Notes: generated by a model not told the origin, from the letters alone. A DNA stretch of 64,000 bases from Candidatus Cloacimonadales bacterium (GCA_963663475.2 CAXXJV010000001.1:2208001-2272000); one strand, 5' to 3'; numbered from the stretch's first letter, positions 39,701 through 50,108 are shown. Translations and numbers: made by a program.

Positions 39701-39791
39701 TGGCGGAGAGTTAGGGATTCGAACCCTAGGTAAGCTTTCACTTACAACGATTTTCGAGACCGTCCCATTCAACCAACTCTGGCAACTCTCC
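39701..39791 (-). tRNA. tRNA-Ser (anticodon CGA), CCA encoded
   Basis: Acceptor stem GGAGAGT/ACTCTCC plus G-CCA, anticodon arm ACGGT-CT-CGA-AA-ATCGT, long variable arm and GGTTCGAATCC T-loop. Confidence 0.95.
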
Positions 39792-40237
39792 TATCTTTTA
39801 TTCTTAAAGAAACTGATTAATAGTTCTTGTGATTCTTTAGCAAAAAGACCTGCCGTTACCTTGGGATTATGATTAAAATGCCTATCCAGCAGTGCGTTAT
39901 AGACAGAGCCGACAGCTCCTGCTTTCTTATCATAAGCAGCAAACACAATCCTCCCTACACGTCTCCAGATAATCATACCAGCACACATTAAACATGGTTC
40001 AAGTGTAATATATAATGTATAATCATAGAGATATTTCTCAGGAGCTTTATCTAAGATTAATTTCTCAGCATGAGCTAAAGGATCATTAAACTCTTTAGTC
40101 CTATTATGTTCCTGATTAACCACTATATCATCTTTAACAAGTAGAGCACCAATAGGTATTTCATCACTTTCATAGGCTTTCTTGGCCATATCCAATGCTT
40201 TTTGCATGAAAAATGAATCTAGAGAATTATTAATCAA
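39791..40237 (-). CDS. tadA: tRNA adenosine(34) deaminase
   Basis: EIPIGA, AHAE, TLEPCLMC and FAAYDKKAGA motifs. Confidence 0.9.
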   Translation of the reverse strand: MINNSLDSFFMQKALDMAKKAYESDEIPIGALLVKDDIVVNQEHNRTKEFNDPLAHAEKLILDKAPEKYLYDYTLYITLEPCLMCAGMIIWRRVGRIVFAAYDKKAGAVGSVYNALLDRHFNHNPKVTAGLFAKESQELLISFFKNKR

Positions 40238-40242
40238 ACTTA

Positions 40243-41562
40243 TTATCTACCAATAGAGTAGTAAGTGAAGCCCATAGCTTTCATTTCGTTAGGGTTATAT
40301 TGATTTCTACCATCAAATATAATTGGATTTTTTAATCTTTCTTTGATAGCTTGGAAATCAGGATTTCTAAATTGATTCCATTCAGTTACTAAAAGCAGAG
40401 CATCTGCATCCTTAAGAGCTTCATAATTACCTTCTGCATAGGTAATTGCAGGATTATCACCAAAGATTCTCTTAGCTTCTTCCATAGCTACAGGATCATA
40501 AGCAACAACTTTAGCACCTGCATCAATAAGCATTTTAATTATAACTCTGGAAGGAGCTTCTCGCATATCATCTGTTTTAGGTTTGAAAGATAGGCCCCAT
40601 ATTGCAAATGTTTTACCTGTAAGGTCTTTGCCAAAGTGTTGCATTGTTTTTTCTGCTAAAACTCTTTTTTGATCTTCATTAACATATTCTACGGCTGTAA
40701 GAACTCTAGCTGTCATGCCTTCTTTCTCAGCAATCTTAATTAATGCTTTGACATCTTTAGGGAAACAAGATCCTCCATAACCAGCTCCTGGATAAATAAA
40801 CTGATAACCAATGCGAGAATCAGAACCTATACCATGTCTTACTTCTGATACATCAGCACCAACTAACTCACAAAGTCTTGCTATATCATTCATAAATGAA
40901 ATTTTAGTTGCAAGCATACAGTTTGCTGCATACTTAGTCATTTCTGCACTCTTGATAGACATTATAATAACCTTTTCTCTAGTACGAGCAAATGGTTGGT
41001 ATAATTCATGCATAATTTCAGCACATTTTGGATTATCTGTACCAACAACTACCCTGTCTGGTTTCATACTGTCAGAAATAGCATCACCTTCTTTTAAAAA
41101 CTCAGGATTAGAAACAACATCAAAGGTTAAATCAAGTCCTCTTTCATCTAAAATCTTTTGAACTGCTGCTCTTACTTTGTCTGCTGTTCCAATAGGAACG
41201 GTTGATTTATCAACAATAATTTTATGGCTTTCCATGTGAGTAGCTATATCTTTAGCTACTGATAAAACATATTGAAGGTCTGCAGAACCATCTTCATCAG
41301 GTGGTGTACCAACTGCAATGAAACAGATATCAGAATTTTTTACTGCTTTTGCTATATCAGTAGTGAAGGTAAGTCTTCCTTCTTTTGAATTATTTTTCAC
41401 CATATCTTCTAAACCAGGCTCCCAGATAGGAATACCACCCTTGTTTAAAAGATCGATTTTACTTTTATCATTATCAACACAAATTACATTATTCCCCATT
41501 TCGGCGAAACATGTTCCAGTTACTAAACCAACATAGCCTGTTCCGATAACAGATAATTTCAT
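40243..41562 (-). CDS. ugd: UDP-glucose 6-dehydrogenase
   Basis: [24 protein letters not shown] and [10 protein letters not shown] motifs. Confidence 0.95.
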   Translation of the reverse strand: MKLSVIGTGYVGLVTGTCFAEMGNNVICVDNDKSKIDLLNKGGIPIWEPGLEDMVKNNSKEGRLTFTTDIAKAVKNSDICFIAVGTPPDEDGSADLQYVLSVAKDIATHMESHKIIVDKSTVPIGTADKVRAAVQKILDERGLDLTFDVVSNPEFLKEGDAISDSMKPDRVVVGTDNPKCAEIMHELYQPFARTREKVIIMSIKSAEMTKYAANCMLATKISFMNDIARLCELVGADVSEVRHGIGSDSRIGYQFIYPGAGYGGSCFPKDVKALIKIAEKEGMTARVLTAVEYVNEDQKRVLAEKTMQHFGKDLTGKTFAIWGLSFKPKTDDMREAPSRVIIKMLIDAGAKVVAYDPVAMEEAKRIFGDNPAITYAEGNYEALKDADALLLVTEWNQFRNPDFQAIKERLKNPIIFDGRNQYNPNEMKAMGFTYYSIGR

Positions 41563-41580
41563 TTTTTACCTCGTTTTTAT

Positions 41581-42594
41581 TTAATTTTTATAACCGTTTG
41601 GATTTTTACTTTGCCAATTCCAAGCATCTCTGCAGATATCAGCAAGTCCTAACTCAGCTTTCCAGCCTAATTCTTTATTAGCCTTTGAAGGGTCTGCATA
41701 ACACATGGCTATATCACCCTCTCTTCTATCTGTAAACTCATAATTAACTTCTACATTATTGATTTTACTAAAGGCATTAACCATTTCTAGAACACTATAA
41801 CCACTTCCAGTTCCCAGATTATAAATATTTAATCCTGAACCAATTTTAAGTTTTTGCAATGCTGCTACATGACCTTTAGCTAAATCTACAACATGAATAT
41901 AATCACGAACTCCTGTGCCATCAGGAGTAGAATAGTCATTGCCAAATATATGTAATTTATCGAGTTTTCCAACTGCTACTTGGCTTATGTAAGGTAAGAG
42001 ATTGTTGGGAATACCATTAGGGTCTTCACCTATTAAACCAGAAGCATGTGCTCCAACAGGATTAAAGTATCTAAGTAAGACAATATTCCAATGATAATCT
42101 ACTTTAGATACATCTCTTAAAATATCTTCTATCATTAATTTAGTTCTACCATAGGGATTAGTAACAGATAGAGGGAAGTCTTCTGTTATTGGTAGTTTTT
42201 CAGGATTGCCGTATACAGTTGCAGAAGAAGAAAAAATTAAATTTTTGCATTCAGCATCTTCCATAACCTCTAGCAGAGTAATTGTAGAATTTAGGTTATT
42301 ATCATAATATTGCAAAGGTATTTCATTTGATTCACCTACAGCTTTTAAGCCTGCAAAATGAATAACTCCATCTATTTGATTATCTTTAAATATCGATTTT
42401 AGGAGATCTTTATCTCTGACATCTCCTTCAATGAAGGTAATATTCTTGTTTGTGATACTTTCAACTCTCTCTATTGCCTGATAAGAACTGTTTGATAAAT
42501 TATCAATAACCACAACTTCTATATCTAAATCTAAAAGTTCTATGCAAGTATGACTTCCAATATAACCTGCTCCACCTGTTAATAATAGTTTCAT
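41581..42594 (-). CDS. galE: UDP-glucose 4-epimerase
   Basis: TGGAGYIGSH, HFAGLKAVGES, YGRTK and RYFNPVGAH motifs. Confidence 0.96.
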   Translation of the reverse strand: MKLLLTGGAGYIGSHTCIELLDLDIEVVVIDNLSNSSYQAIERVESITNKNITFIEGDVRDKDLLKSIFKDNQIDGVIHFAGLKAVGESNEIPLQYYDNNLNSTITLLEVMEDAECKNLIFSSSATVYGNPEKLPITEDFPLSVTNPYGRTKLMIEDILRDVSKVDYHWNIVLLRYFNPVGAHASGLIGEDPNGIPNNLLPYISQVAVGKLDKLHIFGNDYSTPDGTGVRDYIHVVDLAKGHVAALQKLKIGSGLNIYNLGTGSGYSVLEMVNAFSKINNVEVNYEFTDRREGDIAMCYADPSKANKELGWKAELGLADICRDAWNWQSKNPNGYKN

Positions 42595-42596
42595 AG

Positions 42597-43151
42597 CTAC
42601 TCCTGTATAATCTTTATCTCTTCATTTTTTAAAGTTACTTCTACAGCTTGATTAATTATATTAGCTGTTATGATTATTTTGTTGGGATTTTCTCCTTCTA
42701 GAACAAAACCAATTGTTCCTGCTAGAGGTCCACTAACAACTTTTACTTTTGTTCCCTTTTCAATTATATTTGCAGGTAACAGACTATATCCTTTTTCTTG
42801 GATAAAATAGAATCTACTAAGCTCTTCAACTAGAATATCTTGGTGTTTAACTGTTATTACTCTGATAATATAGCCTGGACGGAGAAGGGTAATCTTTTGA
42901 TCATAATTCATTTTAACAAAAATGTAGCCAGAGAATAATGGTTTAGTTGTTTCAATTTTACGATATTGATATTTCTTTGTAGATTTATATTGTGGTAAGT
43001 AATACTCTATGTTATTGTCTTTTGCCCATTTAGCTAATGCTTTTTCACTCTGATATTTAGTCCTGATAACATACCATTTATATGCCTCAGATGTGCTAAC
43101 CTCTAAAGTTCCAAAAAGTTCATCAACATATACAGGTTTATGTGTTGCCAT
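42597..43151 (-). CDS. Specialised NusG paralogue (UpxY/RfaH-like antiterminator)
   Basis: NGN domain KWYVIRTK...EK...YLP...PLFSGYIFV and KOW motif GTKVKVVSGPLAG; precedes galE-ugd. Confidence 0.85.
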   Translation of the reverse strand: MATHKPVYVDELFGTLEVSTSEAYKWYVIRTKYQSEKALAKWAKDNNIEYYLPQYKSTKKYQYRKIETTKPLFSGYIFVKMNYDQKITLLRPGYIIRVITVKHQDILVEELSRFYFIQEKGYSLLPANIIEKGTKVKVVSGPLAGTIGFVLEGENPNKIIITANIINQAVEVTLKNEEIKIIQE

Positions 43152-43172
43152 CTATTCTTCCTTGAAGTATTT

Positions 43173-43196
43173 GGGGAGCTTGAAAGCAAACTCCCC
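43173..43196. promoter_or_regulatory. GC-rich hairpin between ahcY and the NusG paralogue
   Basis: GGGGAG...CTCCCC stem with no strong U-tract in the transcribed (-) direction. Confidence 0.5.
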
Positions 43197-43207
43197 TATT
43201 ATACTTA

Positions 43208-44614
43208 TTAATATCTATAATGTTCAGGTTTGTAAGGACCTTCTTTTTTTACACCAATGTAATCTGCTTGTTTGTCTGTTAATTGGGTTAATTTTACACC
43301 AATCTTATTGATATGTAAGCGAGCTACTTCTTCATCTAAGACTTTTGATAATCTGTAAACACCAAGTTCATAGTTATTTTCCCATAAATCTAATTGAGCT
43401 AGAACTTGATTAGTAAATGAATTACTCATAACAAATGATGGGTGACCAGTTGCATTGCCAAGATTAACAAGTCTGCCTTCAGATAAAAGGATTATACTGT
43501 GTTTATCAGCAAAAGTTATCTTATCTACTTGTGGTTTAATGTTAGTTTTCACAAGGCCTTCTAATTCATAAAGCTTTTCAACTTGAATTTCATTATCAAA
43601 GTGACCGATATTGCATACAATGGCATTATTTTTCATTGCTTGCATATGTTCAACTCTGATAACATCGCAATTACCAGTTGCAGTAACAAAGATATCTCCA
43701 GATGATATCACATCTTCTAGAGTAGTTACTTCAAAGCCTTCCATAGCTGCTTGATAAGCACAGATTGGATCTATTTCAGTAACAATAACTCTTGCCCCGA
43801 ACCCTCTCATAGATTGAGCACAACCTTTTCCAACATCACCATAACCGCAAACAACAACTACTTTACCAGCAACCATTATGTCTGTACCACGTTTGATTCC
43901 GTCTGCTAAAGATTCTCTGCAACCATAAAGGTTATCAAATTTAGATTTAGTAACTGAATCATTAACATTTATTGCAGGGAATTTAAGTTCATTAAGTTCT
44001 AACATCTGATATAATCTATGAACACCTGTAGTAGTTTCTTCAGAAACACCCTTACATTCTTTAGCTATTGTTGACCACTTAGTAGGATAAGCTTCAAGAT
44101 CTTCCAAAATTGTCTTTTGCAAGAGAGCAAATTCTTTATTATCGGTTGTTATAAGAGGAAGTTTACCAGTTCTTGCATATTCTTCTTCAAGTTTGATACC
44201 TTCATGAATCATTAGTGTAGCATCTCCCCCATCATCAACAATAAGGTCTGGACCTTGGTTTTCACCCCAAGTAAGTGCCATCTTAGTTGCCCACCAGTAT
44301 TCAGCAAGAGTTTCACCCTTCCAAGCAAAAACAGGGATTCCTGCTTTAACCATTGCTGCAGCTGCATGATCTTGGGTTGAATAGATGTTGCAAGAACACC
44401 ATCTTATTTCTGCACCAAGTGCTTTTAAAGTCTCTATTAAGGCAGCTGTTTGTATAGTCATGTGCAAGCTACCAGTAATTTTTGCACCTTTTAAAGGTTT
44501 CGATTGGCCATATTTTTCTCTTAAAGCCATTAAACCTGGCATTTCTTCTTCAGCTAGGATAAGCTCTTCTCTACCATAATTAGCTAATTCGATATCTTTA
44601 ATTTTGTATTCCAT
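43208..44614 (-). CDS. ahcY: Adenosylhomocysteinase
   Basis: [39 protein letters not shown] and GHPSFVMS motifs. Confidence 0.97.
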   Translation of the reverse strand: MEYKIKDIELANYGREELILAEEEMPGLMALREKYGQSKPLKGAKITGSLHMTIQTAALIETLKALGAEIRWCSCNIYSTQDHAAAAMVKAGIPVFAWKGETLAEYWWATKMALTWGENQGPDLIVDDGGDATLMIHEGIKLEEEYARTGKLPLITTDNKEFALLQKTILEDLEAYPTKWSTIAKECKGVSEETTTGVHRLYQMLELNELKFPAINVNDSVTKSKFDNLYGCRESLADGIKRGTDIMVAGKVVVVCGYGDVGKGCAQSMRGFGARVIVTEIDPICAYQAAMEGFEVTTLEDVISSGDIFVTATGNCDVIRVEHMQAMKNNAIVCNIGHFDNEIQVEKLYELEGLVKTNIKPQVDKITFADKHSIILLSEGRLVNLGNATGHPSFVMSNSFTNQVLAQLDLWENNYELGVYRLSKVLDEEVARLHINKIGVKLTQLTDKQADYIGVKKEGPYKPEHYRY

Positions 44615-44622
44615 ATTTTACC

Positions 44623-46932
44623 TTAGTTTTCTCTTTTATTATTGTCATGAGATCTATGATTATTTCTATTATCTCTGCTTCTGTTATCTCTATTTCTATT
44701 ATCTCTGCTATTATTATCACGGCGTCTATTGTCTCTACCACCATGACTACTATTGCGGTCATTTCTTCCACCACTATGACTACGTGCTTCTTCTTTAGGG
44801 CGATTTGGGTCTGGTTTATGTTCAGGATTACCAGGGACACCCTTCATAGTAAGGTTAACCTTTCCTTGTTCAATAGCTTTGAGTTTTACATAAACTGTAT
44901 CACCAACTGTGCAGATATCTTCAGGATGAGCTACTCTATCTTCATGCATATTTGAAATATGACATAGACCTTCTTTGAAACCATCCATGATTTTAACAAA
45001 GACACCATAAGCTTCAACTCTTGAAACTACACCTTCATAGATTGTATCATATTTAGGCATTTCAATAATATTTTTAACCATGGCTTTAGCGCTGTCTAAG
45101 GCAGATTTATCAGCACATAATATGTTAACAGTTCCATCATCATCTATATTGATATCAACACCAGTTTTTTCGATAATACTCTTAATAGTTTTACCACCTT
45201 GACCAATAATTTCTCCAATTTTATCAACAGGAACTTGGAGAGATTCGATTCTAGGTGCATATTCAGAAAGTTCTTTACGAGCTTCAGGAAGGCATTCTTC
45301 CATTTTGTCTAAAATATAATTTCTAGCAACATTAGCTTTTTGTAAAGCTTCTTTCATAATTTCTTCAGTAATGCCTTCAATTTTTATATCCATTTGCATT
45401 GCTGTAATACCTTCTCTAGTACCGGCAACTTTGAAGTCCATATCGCCTAAGTGATCTTCTAAGCCCATAATATCGGTTAAGACAACATAATCATTACCTT
45501 CCATGATAAGGCCATTAGCAATACCTGCAACAGGAGCTTTAATTGGTACACCAGCAGCCATTAGGGCAAGAGTTCCACTACAGATAGTTGCTTGTGATGA
45601 AGAACCGTTAGATTCAGTGATATCAGAAACAATTCTTATTGTATAAGGGAAATCTTCTTTGGCAGGAATGATGGGAATTAAAGCTGTTTCGGCTAAGTTT
45701 CCATGACCAAGTTCTCTTCTACCAGGACCTCTCATGAAACCAGCTTCACCAACAGAATATGGTGGGAAATTATAGTGTAAATAGAAGTCTTTTTTATATT
45801 CTTCAGCAAGTCCATCAACAATTTGCATTGAATCTGCACCAGCTAAAGTAACAGTACCTAGTGATTGTGTTTCTCCACGAGTGAAGAGAGCAGAACCATG
45901 AACTCTTGGAAGAACATCAACTTCACAAGTGATATCTCTAATATCATCTAATCCTCTGCCATCAACACGGTGATGTTTGTGTAATATAGCATGACGAACA
46001 CTTTTTTTGATAAGTTCTTCATAAGCATTCTTGTAATCTCTTTCTTTTTCAGCGAAAATTTCTTCTCCAAGCTCATTCAAATAAGCTTCTAAGAGTTCTT
46101 CTTTTACAGCTTCGAAGGCATCATCACGATCTAATTTGCCTTTAATTAAGGCTGCTTGAGTTACCTTATCTTGATATTTAGCAGTCACATCAGCAAGTAT
46201 TTCTTCAGGAATTACATCGTATTCAATTTCAGCTTTATCTTTAGCGCAATCTTTAGCAAATTCAACTTGCCATTGAACTAATTCTTTAATCTTTTCTAAG
46301 CCAGCAAATACAGATTCAACCATTTGTTCTTCAGATAGTTCGTTAGCAGAAGATTCAATCATGCAGATTGAGCTAGCAGAGCCAGCAAGACTTAGGTGTA
46401 GATCTGATTCATTCTTTAAAACATTAATTGGAGGATTTACTACAGGTTTACCATCTACATAGCCCACCGCTACACCAGCAATAGGACCGTGGAAAGGAAT
46501 ATCAGATATTGTTAAAGCAAGAGAAGCACCTACTAAACCGAGCATAGCTGGGTCATTAATACCATCAAAAGATAGAATAGTAACGACCACATGAACAGGA
46601 TTTCTAAAACCTTCAGGGAACATTGGTCTGATAGATCTGTCGATAACACGAGCTGTTAAAGTAGCATCATTACTAGGTCTAGCTTCTCTTTTTATAAAGC
46701 CTCCAGGTATTTTACCTGAAGCGTACATTTTTTCAACGTAATCAACTGTTAATGGGAAGAAATCAGTGCCTTCATTAGCTTTTTTTCCCATAGTTGCGGT
46801 TACTAATAGGGTTGTATCTCCTTGAGATATAAAAACTGAGCCATTAGCTTGTCTAGCTATTTTTCCAGTTTCAGCAGTAATTGTGTAGCCATTAAATTCA
46901 AATGACTTTTTGGTAATGTTAAAGTTATGCAT
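44623..46932 (-). CDS. pnp: Polyribonucleotide nucleotidyltransferase
   Basis: FFPLTVDY, HGSALFTRGETQ, RRELGHG and ESNGSSS motifs; KH and S1 domains; R/D/N-rich tail. Confidence 0.97.
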   Translation of the reverse strand: MHNFNITKKSFEFNGYTITAETGKIARQANGSVFISQGDTTLLVTATMGKKANEGTDFFPLTVDYVEKMYASGKIPGGFIKREARPSNDATLTARVIDRSIRPMFPEGFRNPVHVVVTILSFDGINDPAMLGLVGASLALTISDIPFHGPIAGVAVGYVDGKPVVNPPINVLKNESDLHLSLAGSASSICMIESSANELSEEQMVESVFAGLEKIKELVQWQVEFAKDCAKDKAEIEYDVIPEEILADVTAKYQDKVTQAALIKGKLDRDDAFEAVKEELLEAYLNELGEEIFAEKERDYKNAYEELIKKSVRHAILHKHHRVDGRGLDDIRDITCEVDVLPRVHGSALFTRGETQSLGTVTLAGADSMQIVDGLAEEYKKDFYLHYNFPPYSVGEAGFMRGPGRRELGHGNLAETALIPIIPAKEDFPYTIRIVSDITESNGSSSQATICSGTLALMAAGVPIKAPVAGIANGLIMEGNDYVVLTDIMGLEDHLGDMDFKVAGTREGITAMQMDIKIEGITEEIMKEALQKANVARNYILDKMEECLPEARKELSEYAPRIESLQVPVDKIGEIIGQGGKTIKSIIEKTGVDINIDDDGTVNILCADKSALDSAKAMVKNIIEMPKYDTIYEGVVSRVEAYGVFVKIMDGFKEGLCHISNMHEDRVAHPEDICTVGDTVYVKLKAIEQGKVNLTMKGVPGNPEHKPDPNRPKEEARSHSGGRNDRNSSHGGRDNRRRDNNSRDNRNRDNRSRDNRNNHRSHDNNKREN

Positions 46933-46958
46933 ATATTCTCCTATTGCATTTTATTTGC

Positions 46959-47027
46959 GACCGGAGAAAAGCAATATACTGAATATATTTACTATCATAT
47001 ATTTAGTGTATTGCTCATTAACCGGTC
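46959..47027 (-). promoter_or_regulatory. Long stem-loop in the pnp leader (candidate RNase III site)
   Basis: Outer stem GACCGG/CCGGTC plus a 19-bp inner stem AGCAATACACTAAATATAT/ATATATTCAGTATATTGCT with two mismatches. Confidence 0.65.
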
Positions 47028-47054
47028 TATTATTATTCATAAATCTGAAAAGAC

Positions 47055-47078
47055 AAAAGGGGATTTGAATCCCCTTTT
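47055..47078 (-). terminator. rpsO terminator
   Basis: AAAAGGGGATT / AATCCCCTTTT hairpin. Confidence 0.75.
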
Positions 47079-47091
47079 TAATTAAATTAAA

Positions 47092-47361
47092 TTATTTTCT
47101 GATTCCTAAAGCTTTAATTATTTTACGATATCTTTCAACATCAATTTTAATTAAATAATTAAGTAATCTTCTTCTTTTACCGATAATAACTAAAAGACCT
47201 CTTCTTGAAGAGAAATCTTTTTTATGAACTTTTAAATGTTCAGTTAATTCTTGAATTCTCTTAGTCATAATCGCAATTTGCACTTCAGGTGAACCAGTAT
47301 CTAGATCATGGAGTTTATACTCTGCCATGACAGCCAATTTAGCTTCTGTTGATAAAGCCAT
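47092..47361 (-). CDS. rpsO: 30S ribosomal protein S15
   Basis: [21 protein letters not shown] and KRRRLLNYL motifs. Confidence 0.98.
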   Translation of the reverse strand: MALSTEAKLAVMAEYKLHDLDTGSPEVQIAIMTKRIQELTEHLKVHKKDFSSRRGLLVIIGKRRRLLNYLIKIDVERYRKIIKALGIRK

Positions 47362-47365
47362 TTCA

Positions 47366-47426
47366 GCCTCCTAATCTTATTATTTTTACTTATTAACATA
47401 AGTTCTTTCCAATTATTCAGAGAGGC
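47366..47426 (-). promoter_or_regulatory. Candidate S15 autoregulatory leader
   Basis: Leader GCCTC can pair with GAGGC over the SD; internal hairpin ACTTAT-GTTA-ATAAGT. Confidence 0.45.
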
Positions 47427-47459
47427 AGTTTTTGTAAAGAAAAAACTTTAATTAATCTA

Positions 47460-47771
47460 TTATTTCCTTGGATTTATCTTATGATTTTTGTTTTTTCTTT
47501 TTTTCCAGTGAATCTTAACTAGTTCTATCAAAAATAAGCAAAAGAGAATAAGAATAGATGTTTGCATGATGGTTAAGATTTTATCAGCATTTTCAATATT
47601 ATTAGAAAGTAAAAGAAATCCTAACAGTAACTGCCAAAAAGCAGTATCTTTGAATCTTGAATATTGACTTTTAAGCTTAAATCTAAAGTAATAGTTTTCA
47701 AAAAGCATCATAATAAAAACTACTCTAAAACCCCAAAATACATATATGTTATTCATAAGTTCAAACTCCAT
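47460..47771 (-). CDS. Small hypothetical membrane protein
   Basis: Three hydrophobic segments and a basic tail; abuts the helicase stop codon. Confidence 0.55.
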   Translation of the reverse strand: MEFELMNNIYVFWGFRVVFIMMLFENYYFRFKLKSQYSRFKDTAFWQLLLGFLLLSNNIENADKILTIMQTSILILFCLFLIELVKIHWKKRKNKNHKINPRK

Positions 47772-50108
47772 TTAATTATCATATTTTTGTTTCCAATCCA
47801 CAATATAATTAGTAATATCAAGTCTGTCAGCTGCTATATAATTACTATTCCAACTAAGGGGTAAATATTGCTTATAGCCATAATATAAAAACCTTTTGTC
47901 TAAAAGGAGTAATATACCAGTATCAGTTTCACGTCTAATCAATCTTCCTCCAGCTTGAATAACTTTGTTTAAAGCTGGGAATTTATAAGCATAATCGAAG
48001 CCATTCTTGCCTTCTTGAGAATAATAATCTTGGATTAATTTTCTTTCAAAGCTTACCATTGGTAAGGAAACACCAACAAGTATACATCCTTTTAGCAAGT
48101 CTCCTTGTAAATCTATTCCTTCAGCAAAGAAGCCACCTGAAACAGCAAATAAAATATTATTATTAACTTGGAAATGCGCTAATATTTCTTTTCTTTCTTC
48201 ACTAGTGAGTTCACTTGCTTGCTTTACAAGATTATAGTCTGCTAATTGCTCTTGGGCATATTCATAAACGTTTTCCAGGTATTTATAAGAAGGAAAGAAA
48301 ACAATGTAATTACCTGGGTAAGCTTTTACAGTTGCGATAATTTTATCTGCAATTTGATCATAATATTGGTCTCTATGCTTGTAGCTAGTATCAATAATTC
48401 TATCGTAAACTACACACATGTTTTCTGGAGGATAAGGTGAATCCAAAGCTAGGTAATAGTTTTCTTTATTTCCAGCATTTAAGAGATAAGAGAAGTAGTC
48501 ATCAGGTTCTAAGGTTGCAGAAAAGTAAACTAAACTTCTCACTTCAGAAGTAAGTTTAGAGATTATAGGTGCAGGGTCAAGACAGTAGACTTTATAATTA
48601 ACTCTTTTCTTTTTTTCAATATAGAGAACAAAACTTTTGTCTAGATTATTATATAGTTTGAGAAAGTCGTTTATGTAGAAGTATAAATCTAAGAGAAATG
48701 CTTTTGATTCTGATAGAGGGTTTTGAGCTAACCAGGCATCCATTAGCAGTAAATATTGATTTAGGGACTTAAGAATACTGTCATTAATTTCACTTATAAT
48801 CCAATTACCATAATCAAAGTTTTTCTCTTCTTCAATAAGTAGTTTATTTAAGTTTTTTAAATGAATTTTGATATCTTTTGGAGCTGATTTAGTTTCTCTT
48901 CTGATTTCTACAATTTTATCTCGGTTAATTTCTGCTGAATAAGAGTTTCTTACTCTCTCGGGTAAATTATGAGCTTCGTCACAAAGAAGAGTATAATTTT
49001 GGGTAATTTCAGTAAAATACCTCTGAAGTCTAGCTTTACTATCAAAGAAATAGTTGCAATCTCCAACAATAAGATCACAGTATAAAGAAAGGTCTAAGCT
49101 TAGTTCAAAAGGGCACATTTCGTATTGGTGGCCTAAATCTTCTAGCAATTTTTTATTGAAAAGTTTATGTTTAAAAACTTCATATCTCATTTTATCTAGT
49201 TTTGTATAATAATCTTTAGCATAGATACAATCTTTACCATCACAGGTTTTATCAGGATTAAAGCATATTTTAGATTTAGCTGAGAGAAAGATTGCTTTGA
49301 AGTTTGCACCATGAGAAATAAGTTGTTGGCAAGTTGCTTCAGCTATGTCAGATATTGTTCCTTTGGTTGTTAGATAGAAGAGTTTATGATTTAATTGGAA
49401 AGCTAGAGATTTGAGGGCTGGATAAATAACAGCCATTGTCTTTCCAATACCCGTTGGTGCCTGAATCCTAATAGCAGAAAATTCTTCGATATTTCTATAT
49501 ACTGAAACCATCATCTTTCTTTGACCTGGTCTCATGTTGGCAAAAGGGAAGTCTAACTGTTTGATAGATTCATCTCTGCTTATTTGAGCAGTACTTAGAT
49601 TACTCAACCAAGATAAGTATATATCTATAAGAAGATTATAGAATATTTCTAAAGTTCTAAAAGAATAATTTTCTGTAATTACAATATTTTTATGACTATT
49701 AAGATTATAGTAGGTAAGATGGGTAATAATGTTTTCAGCTTTATTATCTTTAAGAAATAGGTAGGCATAGACTTTCACCTGGGCTAAATGATGCTTACTG
49801 GGATTAGCTTGCAGGTAGTCTAAATCAAGGAAGGTTGATTTTATTTCTTCTATAATTGCAGGCTTGTCATTTTGGGGACTATAAAGTCCATCAGCCCTAC
49901 CAGATATCTTTAAGATAAAAGTATTTTTCTTAATAGTATCTTGAAGAAAAAGCTCTTTAGTATAATTATCAGGTCTGGAATCCTGAAGACGTTTATGTAC
50001 AGAAGTCCCGAGACTAGCTCGAGACTTCCCTAAAAATGTTGAGGAAATTGATCCTTCACAATAGTAGAAAGCTATTAAATCTTTTACAGATATTTGGTAA
50101 TTAAGCAT
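47772..50108 (-). CDS. DinG/XPD-family Fe-S helicase with N-terminal PD-(D/E)XK nuclease
   Basis: N-terminal GTSVH, GRADG, EEIKST and QVKVY; APTGIGKT, four Cys, DEAH, SATL, FFPSY, EGID and QAGGRLIR. Confidence 0.9.
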   Translation of the reverse strand: MLNYQISVKDLIAFYYCEGSISSTFLGKSRASLGTSVHKRLQDSRPDNYTKELFLQDTIKKNTFILKISGRADGLYSPQNDKPAIIEEIKSTFLDLDYLQANPSKHHLAQVKVYAYLFLKDNKAENIITHLTYYNLNSHKNIVITENYSFRTLEIFYNLLIDIYLSWLSNLSTAQISRDESIKQLDFPFANMRPGQRKMMVSVYRNIEEFSAIRIQAPTGIGKTMAVIYPALKSLAFQLNHKLFYLTTKGTISDIAEATCQQLISHGANFKAIFLSAKSKICFNPDKTCDGKDCIYAKDYYTKLDKMRYEVFKHKLFNKKLLEDLGHQYEMCPFELSLDLSLYCDLIVGDCNYFFDSKARLQRYFTEITQNYTLLCDEAHNLPERVRNSYSAEINRDKIVEIRRETKSAPKDIKIHLKNLNKLLIEEEKNFDYGNWIISEINDSILKSLNQYLLLMDAWLAQNPLSESKAFLLDLYFYINDFLKLYNNLDKSFVLYIEKKKRVNYKVYCLDPAPIISKLTSEVRSLVYFSATLEPDDYFSYLLNAGNKENYYLALDSPYPPENMCVVYDRIIDTSYKHRDQYYDQIADKIIATVKAYPGNYIVFFPSYKYLENVYEYAQEQLADYNLVKQASELTSEERKEILAHFQVNNNILFAVSGGFFAEGIDLQGDLLKGCILVGVSLPMVSFERKLIQDYYSQEGKNGFDYAYKFPALNKVIQAGGRLIRRETDTGILLLLDKRFLYYGYKQYLPLSWNSNYIAADRLDITNYIVDWKQKYDN

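Noticed and set aside
44598-44955. Three overlapping low-complexity ORFs (poly-Ile, poly-Tyr)
   Set aside because: They are alternative frames of the pnp C-terminal repeat.
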